The notes: generated by a model not told the origin, from the letters alone. A stretch of DNA of 64,000 bases from Trichinella spiralis (GCF_000181795.1 NW_003526941.1:5826099-5890098), one strand, 5' to 3'; positions 1 through 12,830 are shown, counted from the first letter of the stretch. Program-made: numbers and translations.

Positions 1-199
1 AGTAAATATATAGCAAGCATAAATACGTTGTTCGATGGAGATCATTCAAGATGCGGCTCGTCTTCAGTTACGCACTAAAACATTAAATACAATTCTCCTG
101 CCAAAAAATAATGCAATTCTTCCTTACCTTGCGTGACAAGGAAAAACATCAGAACCGTAGGAAACGCAATTTGAGAGTGCCATCGGCTGCGACTAAACA

Positions 200-2170
200 A
201 AAATTTTCTGATGGCGTAATCCATCGCTATCAAGAACAAAATGCTGAGAAGTACAGAGACATACCTGTTCTATTTAATTAACGTATTTCATTGCTGTCAT
301 CGATATCGAATTCCTTCTTTTTGAATTTGTGATAAACAAAGGCATACTGCGACGGTGAGATGACGTAATCCACAGCTATTATAAACAAAAACTACTTACT
401 AATTTTTGTCATATCACATTGGAAACGCACTCACGAAAGATCTATACGGGCACCAGCGCAACTCTACTGTCTCAACGTAATCTGCTAGAATTACAATCAT
501 TTCTTTCTTACTCTTATGATAAGTGAAACCACACTAGTACCGATGATGAACGTCACTGCGTCAACTTCAACTCAAAGGGCCATCAGAAGAAACATCGAAT
601 TCGCTTAATGTAATGCTGTTATGGATAAAATGTGTACACTTTACGTATCCAACTGCAATCAGGAGCAAGTTAAATACTTACGCATGTTTGTGATGCCACA
701 TTTAGAACAAACCGATGTGAACATGACTAATCACGGTGTCCAGAACGAAAGAAACTTCAGAACAGTTCAGCTAATGATGTCATCTGTTATTATAGATATT
801 CATGTATTCATATTCATATTCAGATAGATATACAAATTCAATCCATGTAACACTCGCATCTTCCAGCTAATTAATCAAATTCAATACTTACTGATGAACA
901 ATACTATTTGTGATAAGCAAAGGCACACTGGGACGGCAAGGAAACGTTTTTACGTCCATGCGAACACGGGTTGCAAACGGTACAAGCTTCATGGGATGAC
1001 GTAATCCACAGCTATTATAAACAAAAGCTACTCACTAATTTTTGTCATATCACATTGGGAACGCACTGACAGCAACAAGCACCAATACGTTGTCTGTCTC
1101 AACGTAGTCTGCTAGAATTACAAACATTTATTTCTTTCTTACTCTTATGATAAATGAAACCACACTAGTACCAATGATGAACGTCACTGCGTCAACTTCA
1201 ACTCAGAGGGCCATCAGAAGAAACATCGAATTCGCTTGATGCTAATGTAATGCTGTCATGGATAAAATGTGCACGCTTTACGTATCCAACTGCAATCAGG
1301 AGCAAGTTAAATACTTAGGAATGTTTGTGATGCCACATCTAGAACAAACTGATGTGAACACGACTAAGCACGGTGTCCAGAGCGAAAGGAAACTGAAAAG
1401 TTCAGATAATGATGTTATCTGCCATTATAGATGCTATCTAATTCAATACATGCAACACTCGCATCTTCCAGCTATCTAATTAATCAAATTCAATACTTAC
1501 TGATAAACGATACTATTCGTGATAAGCAAAGGTACACTGGAACGGCTAGAAAACGCTTTTATGTCCATGTGAACAAGGGTTGCCAACGGAACAAGCTTCA
1601 TGACGTAATCCATTGCTATTATAAACAAAAACTACTCACTGATTTTGTCGTATCACATTCAAAGCGCACTGAAAGGAACAAGCACCAATACGTTGTCAGG
1701 ATGTGTAGGAACGCTGCTCGACTGACTCAGCGAAATTGCTACAATTACAATCAATTCCTTCTTACTCTTGTAATAAGTGAAACCATACTAGGACAACAGG
1801 GAAACGTTACTGCACCAACTTCAACTAACTCAGAGCGCCATCAGAAGAATTACCGTATTCGCTTGACGTCAATGTAATGCTGTCATGGATAAAATGTGTA
1901 CACTGTACGATGCAACTGCCATCAGGAGCAAATTCAATACTTACGGATGCCACATTTAGAACGAAATGATCGGAACATGACTTATCACGGTGCCAAGAAC
2001 AAATAAAACTCCATAAAAGCTCAGGTGATGACGTAATCTGTAATTACAGATTTTACCAAATTCTACATATATCTGATACGCACATCGTCTTGCTATTTAA
2101 TTAAACAAAGTCAATACTTACTGTTTTTTGTCATACGTTTTTTGAACGCTGCGTCAGCAACTTCAACAAC
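200..2170. repeat. Degenerate tandem repeat, ~630-bp unit (about 3 copies) built from shorter internal sub-repeats
   Basis: ATGGATAAAATGTG recurs at 621, 1258 and ~1885. GACGTAATCCA..GCTATTATAAACAAAA recurs at ~362, ~998 and ~1602. ORFs 621 and 1258 give near-identical peptides. Confidence 0.85.
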
Positions 2171-2643
2171 CACTGTTCAACACCTTTTACCCGTCTTTAC
2201 TGATAATAGATTGCATCTGGGCATTTTCAAAATGTAGCAAGGCAAATGTAATTTTCAATTCGTAAAAGAATTGAATCAAGACCACCCAATCTATGATATC
2301 CTATACATGATAATTTAATGTTAATGCTGCAGTTAGAATGAAAGTAATGTGGCGCTATTGGCACTGTAACATACAACCTAAATTTAACAGAAAAATTCAA
2401 GTGAAAAGCAAGGCACATTTATGATGATGCATAGTTACCATATTCAGTAAGTTTTCAGAGTTTGCTTCACATTCATTGATATGAATATAAAATAATGTCA
2501 ATTCTGAAAGTGAATTATATCACAAAATAAAAAACAAAGAATTCCTTCTTCTTNNNNNNNNNNNNNNNNNNNNNNNNNNNNNNNNNNNNNNNNNNNNNNN
2601 NNNNNNNNNNNNNNNNNNNNNNNNNNNNNNNNNNNNNNNNNNN

Positions 2644-2822
2644 AAGGTAAAGTAGGTGTTTAGGGTGAAGGGTAAGTATTACTGCGAAAAGTAGGTAGTG
2701 TATAGGATGAAGGTAAGTATAAGTGTGAAGGTTAGTGTTTAGGGTGAAGGTAAGTATAACTGTGAAAGTAGGTAGTGTATAGGATGAAGGTAAGTAGTGT
2801 TCAAGGTGAAGTGTGTTCAAGG
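2644..2822. repeat. GA-rich minisatellite (GTGAAGGTAAGTA / GTGTTTAGGGTGAAGG units), next to an assembly gap
   Basis: Same units as at 18940-19237 and, inverted, at 22272-22520. Confidence 0.9.
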
Positions 2823-2854
2823 TCCTGTGAAAATTGAAATTACATATTTTAAAA

Positions 2855-3155
2855 AGCCTGAGGCGATTTATTTAATAAAATATGCAAATTTTTAATAGCC
2901 TATGGGTAATATGCAAATTTTTTTTCGCCCTCAGGCTACGCCCGGGGCTATGCCTCAGGCAAAATTTCGAAAATTTCGAATTTTCTAAAATATAGCCCCA
3001 GGCTTTGCCCTCAGGCTATGCCCCAGGGCAAATAAAAATTTGCATATGCCCTAAGGCTATCCCTCAGGCAATTTATAGCACAATATTTGCCCTCAGGGAG
3101 CTTTTATGCAAATTTTTAATCGCCTCAGGGTAATATGCAAATTTTTATATGCCCT
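2855..3155. repeat. Palindrome-rich repeat (CCTCAGG/CCTGAGG/CCCCAGG and TATGCAAATTTTT motifs), ~225-bp period, running into a gap
   Basis: TATGCAAATTTTTAAT.GCCT..GGGTAATATGCAAATTTTT at 2881 and ~3106; many GCCCTCAGGC-like words in both orientations. Confidence 0.75.
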
Positions 3156-3657
3156 NNNNNNNNNNNNNNNNNNNNNNNNNNNNNNNNNNNNNNNNNNNNN
3201 NNNNNNNNNNNNNNNNNNNNNNNNNNNNNNNNNNNNNNNNNNNNNNNNNNNNNNNNNNNNNNNNNNNNNNNNNNNNNNNNNNNNNNNNNNNNNNNNNNNN
3301 NNNNNNNNNNNNNNNNNNNNNNNNNNNNNNNNNNNNNNNNNNNNNNNNNNNNNNNNNNNNNNNNNNNNNNNNNNNNNNNNNNNNNNNNNNNNNNNNNNNN
3401 NNNNNNNNNNNNNNNNNNNNNNNNNNNNNNNNNNNNNNNNNNNNNNNNNNNNNNNNNNNNNNNNNNNNNNNNNNNNNNNNNNNNNNNNNNNNNNNNNNNN
3501 NNNNNNNNNNNNNNNNNNNNNNNNNNNNNNNNNNNNNNNNNNNNNNNNNNNNNNNNNNNNNNNNNNNNNNNNNNNNNNNNNNNNNNNNNNNNNNNNNNNN
3601 NNNNNNNNNNNNNNNNNNNNNNNNNNNNNNNNNNNNNNNNNNNNNNNNNNNNNNNNN

Positions 3658-5237
3658 CAAAGCGCTCGACTATGCAAAAGAGCACGAGACGAAGTTGACC
3701 AGATATTCTTCACTGCTGGTTGGCCGGCAGTATTTGGAACATCTCTTGATCAAAGGTCGTTTCGAAAATGCGGCTCAAATTTGTATTACAGTATGCGGCC
3801 GGCGGAAAGATCTTTGGGAATATTACGTCACGAGGTGATTTTTCAAATCATCGTCGATTTAATAAGTGATAAATAATTTGCATAGTAATAGATTCGAGCA
3901 GGTGAATCAGTTGTCATATTTGATTGGTGTTTTGCCAACGCACGATCCCCAACTAGAACCGGAATGTTATCAGAGTGTGCTGTTGGAATTGCTTGGCAAA
4001 GATGCGTCATTGTTTCGGGTATTAATAAATAATAATAATAATGTTCGCTGATTGATGTTCAATTTCACTTTGCGTGTGGACAATTTTTTTAGCGAACTAT
4101 TATCGCCTGGCCCGCTGAAATTTACCGAGTATCCGCAATGATCAACGAGACCGTGCGGCAGTTGCAAAAGAGCAAAGAATCACCGGCCGATTTGTTATCA
4201 GCACTGGCTTGTTTGTACACGCACGAAAAGCGCTATGAACAAGCTTTGGCGATCTATTTGAAATTGAACGATAAAAATGTATTCGCTCTGATAGAAAGAG
4301 CCAAATTGTTTCCTCTGGTAAGTTCATAATTTGGTGAGTCTTTTTTTTTATTCTGTTATTCTCAATTTAGGTAAAGGACAGGATTCATCAGCTTATTGCA
4401 GTGGATCCAGATCTGGCGATTCGTTTATTGTTGGAAAATGAAGACAGCCTATCGCCGAGTACTGTAATGAAGCAGTTGATCCGCTTGCCGAAATTGCAGT
4501 TGGCCTATTTGGAACGGCTGTTTGCCAGAGGGGAAGGGGAGCAACAGTTCGCCGATACAGCCGTGCTGCTTTATGCGGAGCACAATCGATCTCGACTGTT
4601 GGGCTTTTTGCAAGACTGCGAACATTATACGCTGGACAAAGCGTTGGAAGCGTGCAAGCAGAGGCAGTACGTTGCCGAGACGGTGTTCTTGTTGGCGAAA
4701 AGTGGCAATCACCAGGAGGCGCTTCGTTCGATTATTGCCGATTTGGGCGATATTGGGCGTGCGATTGAATTTTGCGTTGAACACGATGATGCGGACCTTT
4801 GGCGGGCGTTGGTCGACCACAGCGTCTGCAACGATTCATTTCTGCTGACGCTGATGCGACGTATTGGTGTTTACGTTGATCCGAGGCTGGTGATCGAGCG
4901 GATACCGGCGAATCGACAAGTCCAAGGCTTTCGTGATGCACTGGCAGTTCTGATGCGGGATTACAGTATACATTTGGAATTGATGGACAATTCGAAACGT
5001 GTTCAAGAACGCGACTGTTACCGACGACTGACGGATCTGATTGGTCGAAACCGACGCTCGACCCGTCTCCAAGAACGAGACCAGTGTTCCATTTGTTCCA
5101 CGCAGATGGTTTGCTTTGGTCGATCTCCTGAACACGGCGGATCCGAGTTGATCGTTTTCCACTGTCACCATGCATTCCACTTGAAATGTCTGCGTGACGA
5201 CAGTCGAACATGTCCAACATGCTACAAAAATGCTTAG
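3658..5237 (+). CDS. VPS41: Vacuolar protein sorting 41 (HOPS subunit), C-terminal part; 5' end lost in gap. Exons ~3658-3834, 3892-~4018, 4093-4317, 4371-5237
   Basis: Clathrin-heavy-chain-repeat region (LLYAEHNRSRLLGFLQDCEHYTLDKALEAC, AIEFCVEHDDADLW, VYVDPRLVIERIP) and a C-terminal RING-H2 (CSIC...FHCHHAFHLKC...CPTC); canonical GT-AG introns. Confidence 0.92.
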
Positions 5238-6595
5238 CATTTGTCGTACAGAAATGGGTAAGTAACGTTTTCTCTAATTTGTTCCATTAAAATTCTTCTG
5301 ATTTATCCACTTTTTTTGGTTTTTTTATGTTTATTGTAGGAGAGTTTTTTGAGTGAAAAATTCGTTGCCGTTTCAAATTCTACTTTGTTTGTTCTACCGT
5401 CGATGACGATTGCTTGAGTAAATTTTTCTTTTTTTTTCCAACTGATAAGCTTCTTTTATGTACTTTTATTAACTTTCAAATGAAATATGACTTTTTCTTA
5501 TTTGTTTTTTTAGTTGTCCAATTTTTGGGACAACTATCCGATCAGTCAGCGGAGGGATGTTGTTGTTGTTTTCTATTCTACCTTCCTTTAGTCAGTTTAT
5601 TATGATGTGACTTCTTTTTGCTAGTCTGGTCTGCTCACGTACAATTGGTCCTGATTTGCATACGATCGACGTACAATTTAATTTTGCATATAATGAATTT
5701 AATTAATGAATAGTGTGAAAAGTAGTTGTTCAAATTTTTGAAAAACCATCATAGCAATTGAAAACTGTTCAGTTGATCATCATTTAATTAATTCACTTTG
5801 TCAGTAAGTAGTATTTTTTTTTCTATAAAAACTGTCGTCCACTGGTTGGTTTATTAGTCACTTGCGATGCTGTTATTTATTATCCGTGCTTTTTCCATTG
5901 CACAAGTTTAACGTAACGACGAAGATTGTTTCCTTGACATTCAAGCACGCTGTGCAGCACTTTTTGCATTATTGTTTTTGTTGAAATTATTTTTCAAACT
6001 TTGATTCCTATTCACCGTTGGACACCATGTTTCTTCAAATGGCTTAATTTGTTTCTTTCTTATTTTTAACACTTTCGTTTAGTTCTGTTGACAATTTGAA
6101 CAACTGCATTGCATACTTGGTTAATTATTTTCGTTCAGTTGAAAATTTTATCCAGACTAATCAGTCAGATTTTTTTCTAAGAGATTTTTGTGCTAGTTTA
6201 CAGTTTTATCACTGATTATTGTTTAACGGTAGCATGTAAAGAAAAGGAAACTTTCAAATTTGCATCATTTATATAGTATCTTTGAAATCTAGCATAACGA
6301 CAAACGGATGAACTACATTGACCATGGGGAAGTTTTTTCAATTAGCCTTCCGTTGATCTGGAATTTCCGTAGTCGCTAACAGATTTACACGTGAAAATCA
6401 TTTCAGAAATACCGTATACTTTTTGATTGTTAACACCATCTATAAAAAAAATGGTTTGGCACTCGACGTAAATATTTTTTTCTCATTAGAGAACATTAGA
6501 CGGAAAATTTATTTTCACACAACTATTGATTAAATAATTCTACTGATTTACAGTCACCAGCAGTTTACCACTGTACACAAGAAGATAAAAATGCA

Positions 6596-7450
6596 TTAGG
6601 AACGACGTAATTTCGAATGAATTGCTATACCAGCAAGCAAAGCGACGCCCCCAACCATCGCAGCCGAAGCCAACAACATTCCACCAAGAAGCCCATCTAA
6701 ATATGAATAATTTGAATTTAAACGTACCATTTTATACATGTTTTATTCTTCCAGCAGGAACAGGAAAAATAATTTTACGTGTCACTTTTTTTAAATACAG
6801 TGTTCAATCGTAATTAAACATCATAATTTACCTCGGCGCATCTTCGCTTCAATAGCTCTTTTCAGTTCTATGAACTGCTGATTTTCAGGCTCCAACACCA
6901 GTCCGGTGTCCACGTAATCCAAAGCGTTGTCGAACAGCTTCAAATTTAAAATAAAAAGAAAAGCATGAGTTTAGCTCAATATTTGTTGAACACAATATTT
7001 ATTATTTGTTTTACCCTCAGTCGAGCATTGCCTATTGCCATGTGATATAGATAATCTCGTTTTTCATTGTCATCGCTGCTTGAAATCAAAAGGTCTAAAT
7101 AGATTTCAAAATGTAGATACTTTATGACATGTAAGTTATTAAAACGCATTTTCCAAACTAAACTAAACTCAACTAAACACGAACTATTTTATATTATACA
7201 AAAACAATTAATAAATAACAAATAAAACTGACCTTTCAGCATTGTCAAACCTTTCACAATTTCATCTTTTTCACCCCGAATCAGACAGTAAGCTTGCTTG
7301 AAAACTTTAACGTGCTCTTGTTCATCATTGGCAGAATTCATTATCTAAACAATTTAACTGCAAAGAAGAAAAAGACATCATCCAACTTAGGTTTACTTGA
7401 TTCTTTGTTTGTTCATCGATCTTTTGCTCAAGTAAGCTTTTTACGTCCAT
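6596..7450 (-). CDS. FIS1: Mitochondrial fission 1 protein (TPR plus C-terminal tail anchor), 5 exons; absent from the ORF track
   Basis: Manual spliced translation: MDVKSLLEQKIDEQTKNQ|IMNSANDEQEHVKVFKQAYCLIRGEKDEIVKGLTMLK|DLLISSSDDNEKRDYLYHMAIGNARLR|LFDNALDYVDTGLVLEPENQQFIELKRAIEAKMRR|DGLLGGMLLASAAMVGGVALLAGIAIHSKLRRS*. Motifs RDYLY.A.GN.RL, LEP.N.Q and DGL.G plus the TM segment match FIS1. Confidence 0.92.
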
Positions 7451-8089
7451 TTCTCCAATCTACTTTCTTTACAAAGCACAAGTGAAATTTGTAAATTAAC
7501 TGTGCGTAATGCTTTTCTATTTGCAGTGCGAAATTAGATACACTTAGGTACAATTTGTGTTATTTTTCTTTTACGTAGGAGTTTAAATTTTAAAAATATT
7601 GAAAATATATTGTTTATACTGAAAAAAATTAATATTCATGAAATATTATTTGAGTTAGTCGAAATTAAGTAATATTTTTCAAAAATGTCATCGTAATAAT
7701 TTGTTGTCAAAAAATGCAACGAATATGCACAAGTTGTTGCTATAAAACTAAATTTTTAATTTATTTTCATAAAATGACTATCGTCACAAAAATATTCCAT
7801 TAATGGTTAAGCGTTAAATTTACATTCTCTTTCTCGTCAGTGAATTTGTGACTTTTTTATGAAATTGTATTTCTGGAAATTTTCAAAAATTTTATTTATA
7901 TAAAATTATTTTATGTAAAATATGTAATAATTTAGTCTATTCATTTACGTTTTTAATTTTTTACTTACAGTTTTTTGCCCTATTATTTATATGCGATGGA
8001 ACCTACGTTCCATTTGTTTCATTACTGTAGTGATCCACTTGTTCATTGTTTTTGAAGTTGTTTGTTCGCTGGGTGTTCTGTTTTGTAAA

Positions 8090-9091
8090 ATGATCATTTA
8101 TCGAGATTTGTTTAGCGGTAATTGAATTTTTGTGTTAAATTTTATGACATCAGTGAAAGACACAGATATATTTTAGGCGACGAATTGTGTAGCGATACGT
8201 TTCCCATGAAAGTTGTCAATGATGTAGTGTTCGAATTTACTGGGAAAGTAAGTTCAATTGTTTTAGCAAGTTTGAAATTAAATTTCGTTCGATATTTATT
8301 TGAATTAATGAACACTGACTCTTTTGTCAGTTTTACTGATAAATAGATTTAGTGAGGAAAATTTTTTTTTAATTGTCATTTCTATATAGTGAGTGTTTGT
8401 TCAACGTAAATTCATTCAACAGCTTTCATTTCATATGAATATTAATTTCGAGCAAATGTTTCTTTTTTTATAGCATGTTGTTAGAAAATTGGGGCGAAGT
8501 CACTCTGGAAGGGGCGAATCCTTCCGCAGAAGAATTTGATGAAGGTACAGAGGAACAATTGGAGAGCGGAATTGATATTGTTTTAAATCATCAGCTGATG
8601 GAAATGCCCATGTACCAAGATATTAAAATTTTCAAAGACTGGATCAAGGAATACATGAAAAAGTTCTGGAATTCAGAATAGCATTTTGTCAATTTGTAAA
8701 TGTTGTTGTTGTAGACTTGTTGAAAAAATGAAGTCTGATGGCGAATCAGAAGAATCTATTAGTAATTTTAAGAAAAACATGCAGGAGTATGTATCATCCT
8801 TGCTGAAGAAAGATAGGTTCAAAGAGCTTCAGTTTTTTTCTGGTACGAAACTGGTTAACAATGTAATATTGGCTGTTTTTTTAGTGTTCTGGTATTTTCA
8901 TTTTTTTTAGGGCCAGGCGACAATGCTGCCGAAGGTCAATTGGCCATAGTTGAATATCGTCAGGTCAGTGACACGGAACAGCCTATTGTTATGCTTATCA
9001 AACAAGGGCTAACTGTCGAGAAATGCGTAAGTATTATGTGGTCAATTATATTTTATTGTGTCAAAATTGAAAAAACACTTTCTTTCAGTGA
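8090..9091 (+). CDS. TCTP: Translationally controlled tumour protein, 6 exons
   Basis: MIIYRDLFSGDELCSDTFP start, GANPSAEE signature, ESGIDIVLNHQL, LQFFSG, KQGLTVEKC end; stop TGA at 9089-9091 lies after the last intron. Confidence 0.95.
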
Positions 9092-9556
9092 ACAAGGAAG
9101 GAAGTTACACGTGTGTTTATGCCAACTACTCACTGTGACGTGTCAGTTGACAATTCTGTTCAACATAGTTCCTTTATGCTCGATTTAACAAAGACGTGAA
9201 ATAAAATTTGATTGAAAATTATTTGTTGTAAAAAATTTTCTGACGTAAATCTTAAAAAGTGACGTAATCATTTCCTTTGTGTACTTTCCTATAAATGTTG
9301 GGGAAATTTGATTTAATTACAATATTATCTATTTTTAATTTAAAGCGGAACTTGCGCTAAATATTGGCAAAGAAGGCGACATAATTAAGAGAATTAATTA
9401 AAAAAAATTATATCACTGTTACAACAGGAATATTGCGTCTTGCCATATTCAATCGAAAACAACTTGCATATTCCATAACCTGAATACAGTATGCCAATAA
9501 GGTACTTACTTTAACAAACGTGTGAAAATGGCCGCTTTTTTCGAGTTGTAATTAAA

Positions 9557-9979
9557 ATGGAAAAGACGTCCGCAAAAGAATATTATTTTGCCATAGTTGA
9601 TATGAATGACCGCTTGATGTTTGAGCTGAACATTTCGAAAAAGAACGATTTCGATTCTATGCTGCTTAAGCAATTAATTGCTCATGCTTCTTTGGACATC
9701 GTGGATGAGGCAGCCGCTGAACAGTCGCACATGATGATCAAACAAGTGGAAAAATACAACGAATGGAACATATCGGCATTCGTCACTTCTAGTGGAGTCC
9801 GCTTTCTTATGCTTCACACAGCGAAGAATGACGAAGGAATAAAGAATTTTTTCATCGAAATATATGAAATGTATATCAAATTGGCAATGAATCCTTTTCA
9901 TAGGATTGGCGAGAAAATCGAATCTCCTGCTTTTCACAAACGAGCTCAGCTTTATGGAAGAAAATATTTACTTGCTTAA
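9557..9979 (+). CDS. TRAPPC2: TRAPP complex subunit 2 (sedlin), single coding exon, 140 aa
   Basis: YYFAIV, QLIAHASLDIVDE, ISAFVTSSGVRFLMLH, GIKNFF.EIYEMYIK..MNPF and AFHKRAQLYGRKYL match sedlin. Confidence 0.95.
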   Translation: MEKTSAKEYYFAIVDMNDRLMFELNISKKNDFDSMLLKQLIAHASLDIVDEAAAEQSHMMIKQVEKYNEWNISAFVTSSGVRFLMLHTAKNDEGIKNFFIEIYEMYIKLAMNPFHRIGEKIESPAFHKRAQLYGRKYLLA

Positions 9980-11248
9980 AGTATAGTTTTTTTTCGAGAT
10001 GCTTTCGGTGAATTTAAAATTTAAATTAACATTGAACATTAGTTGTTTTAAATTAAAACCATGTCTTGACGAATTGTGGAACGTCATATTTGTTTTTATG
10101 ATCTAATATTTTTTTTTAGTTGAGCATAGACTTGTATGTTCGCAGTGTTGCGTTACGCGCATTAACAGTCAATGAAAAAAAATAGATTTGCCATCCTCGA
10201 CATTTATTGGTCTAATGTCAAGGCTTATATAGGTATGATGAATATTAAAGTTGCTATTTTCACTGGTGTTTAGTTGTTCTGCGTTTTGAATAAATATTGA
10301 AGCTAACACTTTGCCGATTAGCGCGAGGATAAGCTGTCACTCTATAAAATCTGGGAATATAAAAGTATCTTTCATGTTTTCCACTTTGAAAATAGTAGAT
10401 TTTCGTATTTTACGAACACGAAACTATTCAATGAATCTGTTGCTGACATTGTTAATGCTAATTTGGGTATTAGACATTATTTTCACACTTATCTGTGTTG
10501 TTTACAGTATCTCACCTGCATTTAATTTTGTACAGTAATTATATTTCTGTGTAATTAAGGATGAAAGTCGTCGGTTCATGACATGTTTTTGAATATGTCA
10601 TGAACTACTGTGCAAGAAGCTTATCAACAGTTTTCAAAAAATATTTAATATTTAAAATAGGCTAAAATTGCTTTGCTTTTCAAGTTGTTGGTTCTTTTTT
10701 TATTGGTTATCATTTTAATGAAAAAATTTCTTGCCCATTTTCTGTTATGTGCTTCAGGTTGTTATTTGTTAACAGTGGTTTTATATTCTTTGATGCAGAA
10801 TTTTATTATGAAATCATTATGAGTTTAGTTTTCTGTTAATGAAGAATGTTATTTAATTTTTTTTCCTTGAATACGAGCAGTTATGTATTATATATATTGG
10901 TTTTGTAGAATAAATTTCCAGTGTTCATGCGGTATGTTTTTCAAAGAAATATACCATGAGCGCAAAACATTTATCTTTAATAACGTTCTTTTTTAAATTT
11001 TATTTATGTATTTTAAATGCTTTGTTTTTATTATTTTAGAGAAAACGTTTAGTTATTTAGTTTAGTTTAGTTTAGTTTAGAAAAAGTTTTTTTCTTTTTG
11101 TCGATTTGTTCCGTCGAATACACATGTAAAAATGATAATTTAAATTTTTCCATAGAAGCAAAGAAGAAAAATGGAATTCATTCTTTATTCTTAAATTTTT
11201 TACATATACTAGAAGAGAAATTTATTAAACGGTGCAAGTTTGTTCTCA

Positions 11249-11831
11249 TCAATTCCAACATGCAAAGAGTGTTCCCAAGTCGTAATAGTTGCGAAAACGA
11301 GCGTGATCTGTATCTTGAACAATAAATGAACTGTCGTTGAAACGATCTTCGTGGTAATGATGCGTGACAACTAGGTCTGCTTGACAATCATGTTTGCCAA
11401 TAACCCCATAACCAATGATGCCATTGTCCTTCCAGCCGTAAAGTATGTATGATTCTACGTCGTATTCTTTAAGCATATACATATATTTGTCATATTCTTC
11501 ATAATAAAGCTCGTGGACTGGGGATAGAAATTGGCACTTAGGATCACGCTTTTCTTTTGCTAGCAATATCTTGTCACTGAGCGTGAAGTATTGGTTAGTG
11601 GCCATCAGTCTGTTCAACTCAGCTTCACTTTTCAATAATTTAAAACTACGCATTCCTTGCTTGTAAATTGGATAATATGCTTGCAGGTTTGTGGGTTCTG
11701 AAAACGAGCTGATTAATTAGCTTGGCAAAGTGATGAGGAATTTGCTTACCTGGCCTATACGTATACCAGTTGTTAGTCGAAACGATGTAGATGCAGCTGA
11801 GTGACAGAATTAACACGCAAAGCAACTTCAT
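11249..11831 (-). CDS. Secreted protein of unknown family, 176 aa, 2 exons (intron 11698-11749)
   Basis: Signal peptide MKLLCVLILSLSCIYIVST. A 52-nt GTAAGC...TTTTCAG intron joins ORF 11646-11831 in frame to ORF 11249-11653 (...YRPEPTNLQAYYPIYKQGMRSFKLL...). Confidence 0.8.
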
Positions 11832-12712
11832 TTTTAATAATTTTAAATATCACTTTGTTCTGTTCAGCTTCTTGAACGAGAGCGACTGCTTTGCAGATCA
11901 TTGGCACTTGGCTTTAATAGTCTGACAGATTATGATGCTGACATTTACCGTTTTTGTAATTTTCTTTATGTATCATCAGCAAAGTAAATAAATTTTTAGA
12001 AGCGTTTTTTGCTGCTTTTTATTGAGTGGAACTTTTAAATATTATAACATACATGATTCATAAGCTATCAATGGAATCAAAAGAAAAATAAAACCAACAG
12101 CCATTTCCACACAGCATATTTATTTGAACTGCAACTGTGTGTAGAAATTAAATGGAAAACTTATGCTAATGATGTTCCATTCTCATTGCGCATGTAGATT
12201 TATTTTCACGTCACTTATTCATGTGATTTATTTTAAAATTCCTGTTTTTTGAACTTCAATGCACAATTTTGAATTGCACATTAATTTTACTTGTATTATT
12301 CATTTTGCATGAAAAGCATTGCTATACATTTCAATCAGTGAATGAATAATTGACAATATTACGTTTATTATTTGTCCGACAATCTGTCATCTAAGGTTTT
12401 TTTTCAATTTAATCGTTCCAGTATTTATAAACAACCATTCGAAGAAAAGTTGTTATTTTTCTGTTGTTCAGCCAACAATTTACGCTAAACTCCACGTGTT
12501 GCTTCTCAATTCTGAATGTATAGCAAGCTGAACTGAGGAAAAAAAACTTTCTGCCTTCCAAAAAGCAGCAATTTTCGTTTAAGATTATAGAATTATATTG
12601 AATATGCATAACAAATGAAAAAATAAATTTCTAAAGAAAATAATTATATACATATTATGTCATTTAAGCTGTGCTTTGGCGGCACGCCCTTTCTATTTTA
12701 GCAGTTCCATCC

Positions 12713-12830
12713 GCACACACACACACACAGTACTGACCAATCGGATTCGGTTCATTTTCAATTGGCTGTACGCGGTGTTCATGTTTTGGCGGGAACTGTT
12801 CCATTATCTGGGTCATATTTAAATTTCAAA
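12713..12830 (+). promoter_or_regulatory. Putative cell-cycle-type promoter: (CA)n, CCAAT (12737), ATTGG (12761), E2F-like TTTTGGCGGGAA (12784-12795), CHR-like TTCAAA (12825)
   Basis: Motifs read directly, clustered in a GC-enriched island within AT-rich DNA; copied at ~20466-20585. Confidence 0.45.

Noticed and set aside
200..3155. CRISPR array or other prokaryotic system
   Set aside because: No constant repeats with unique spacers, no cas genes, and the context is intron-containing eukaryotic DNA
3093..3876. Long ORFs across N-runs (also 20942-22009 and 2515-2820)
   Set aside because: Artefacts of translating assembly gaps; only the VPS41 frame after 3658 is real
4449..5240. Antisense ORFs overlapping VPS41 (similar ones over PIKfyve, PTP, FASTKD and AMPK-beta)
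   Set aside because: Shadow ORFs of GC-richer coding exons with no recognisable motifs
10234..10300. Box C-like ATGATGA with a partial 28S complement (TTTCACTGG)
   Set aside because: No box D or D' next to the putative guide
11646..11653. Apparent stop/start overlap or programmed frameshift (ATGCGTAG) between two ORFs
   Set aside because: Fully explained by the canonical 52-nt intron at 11698-11749
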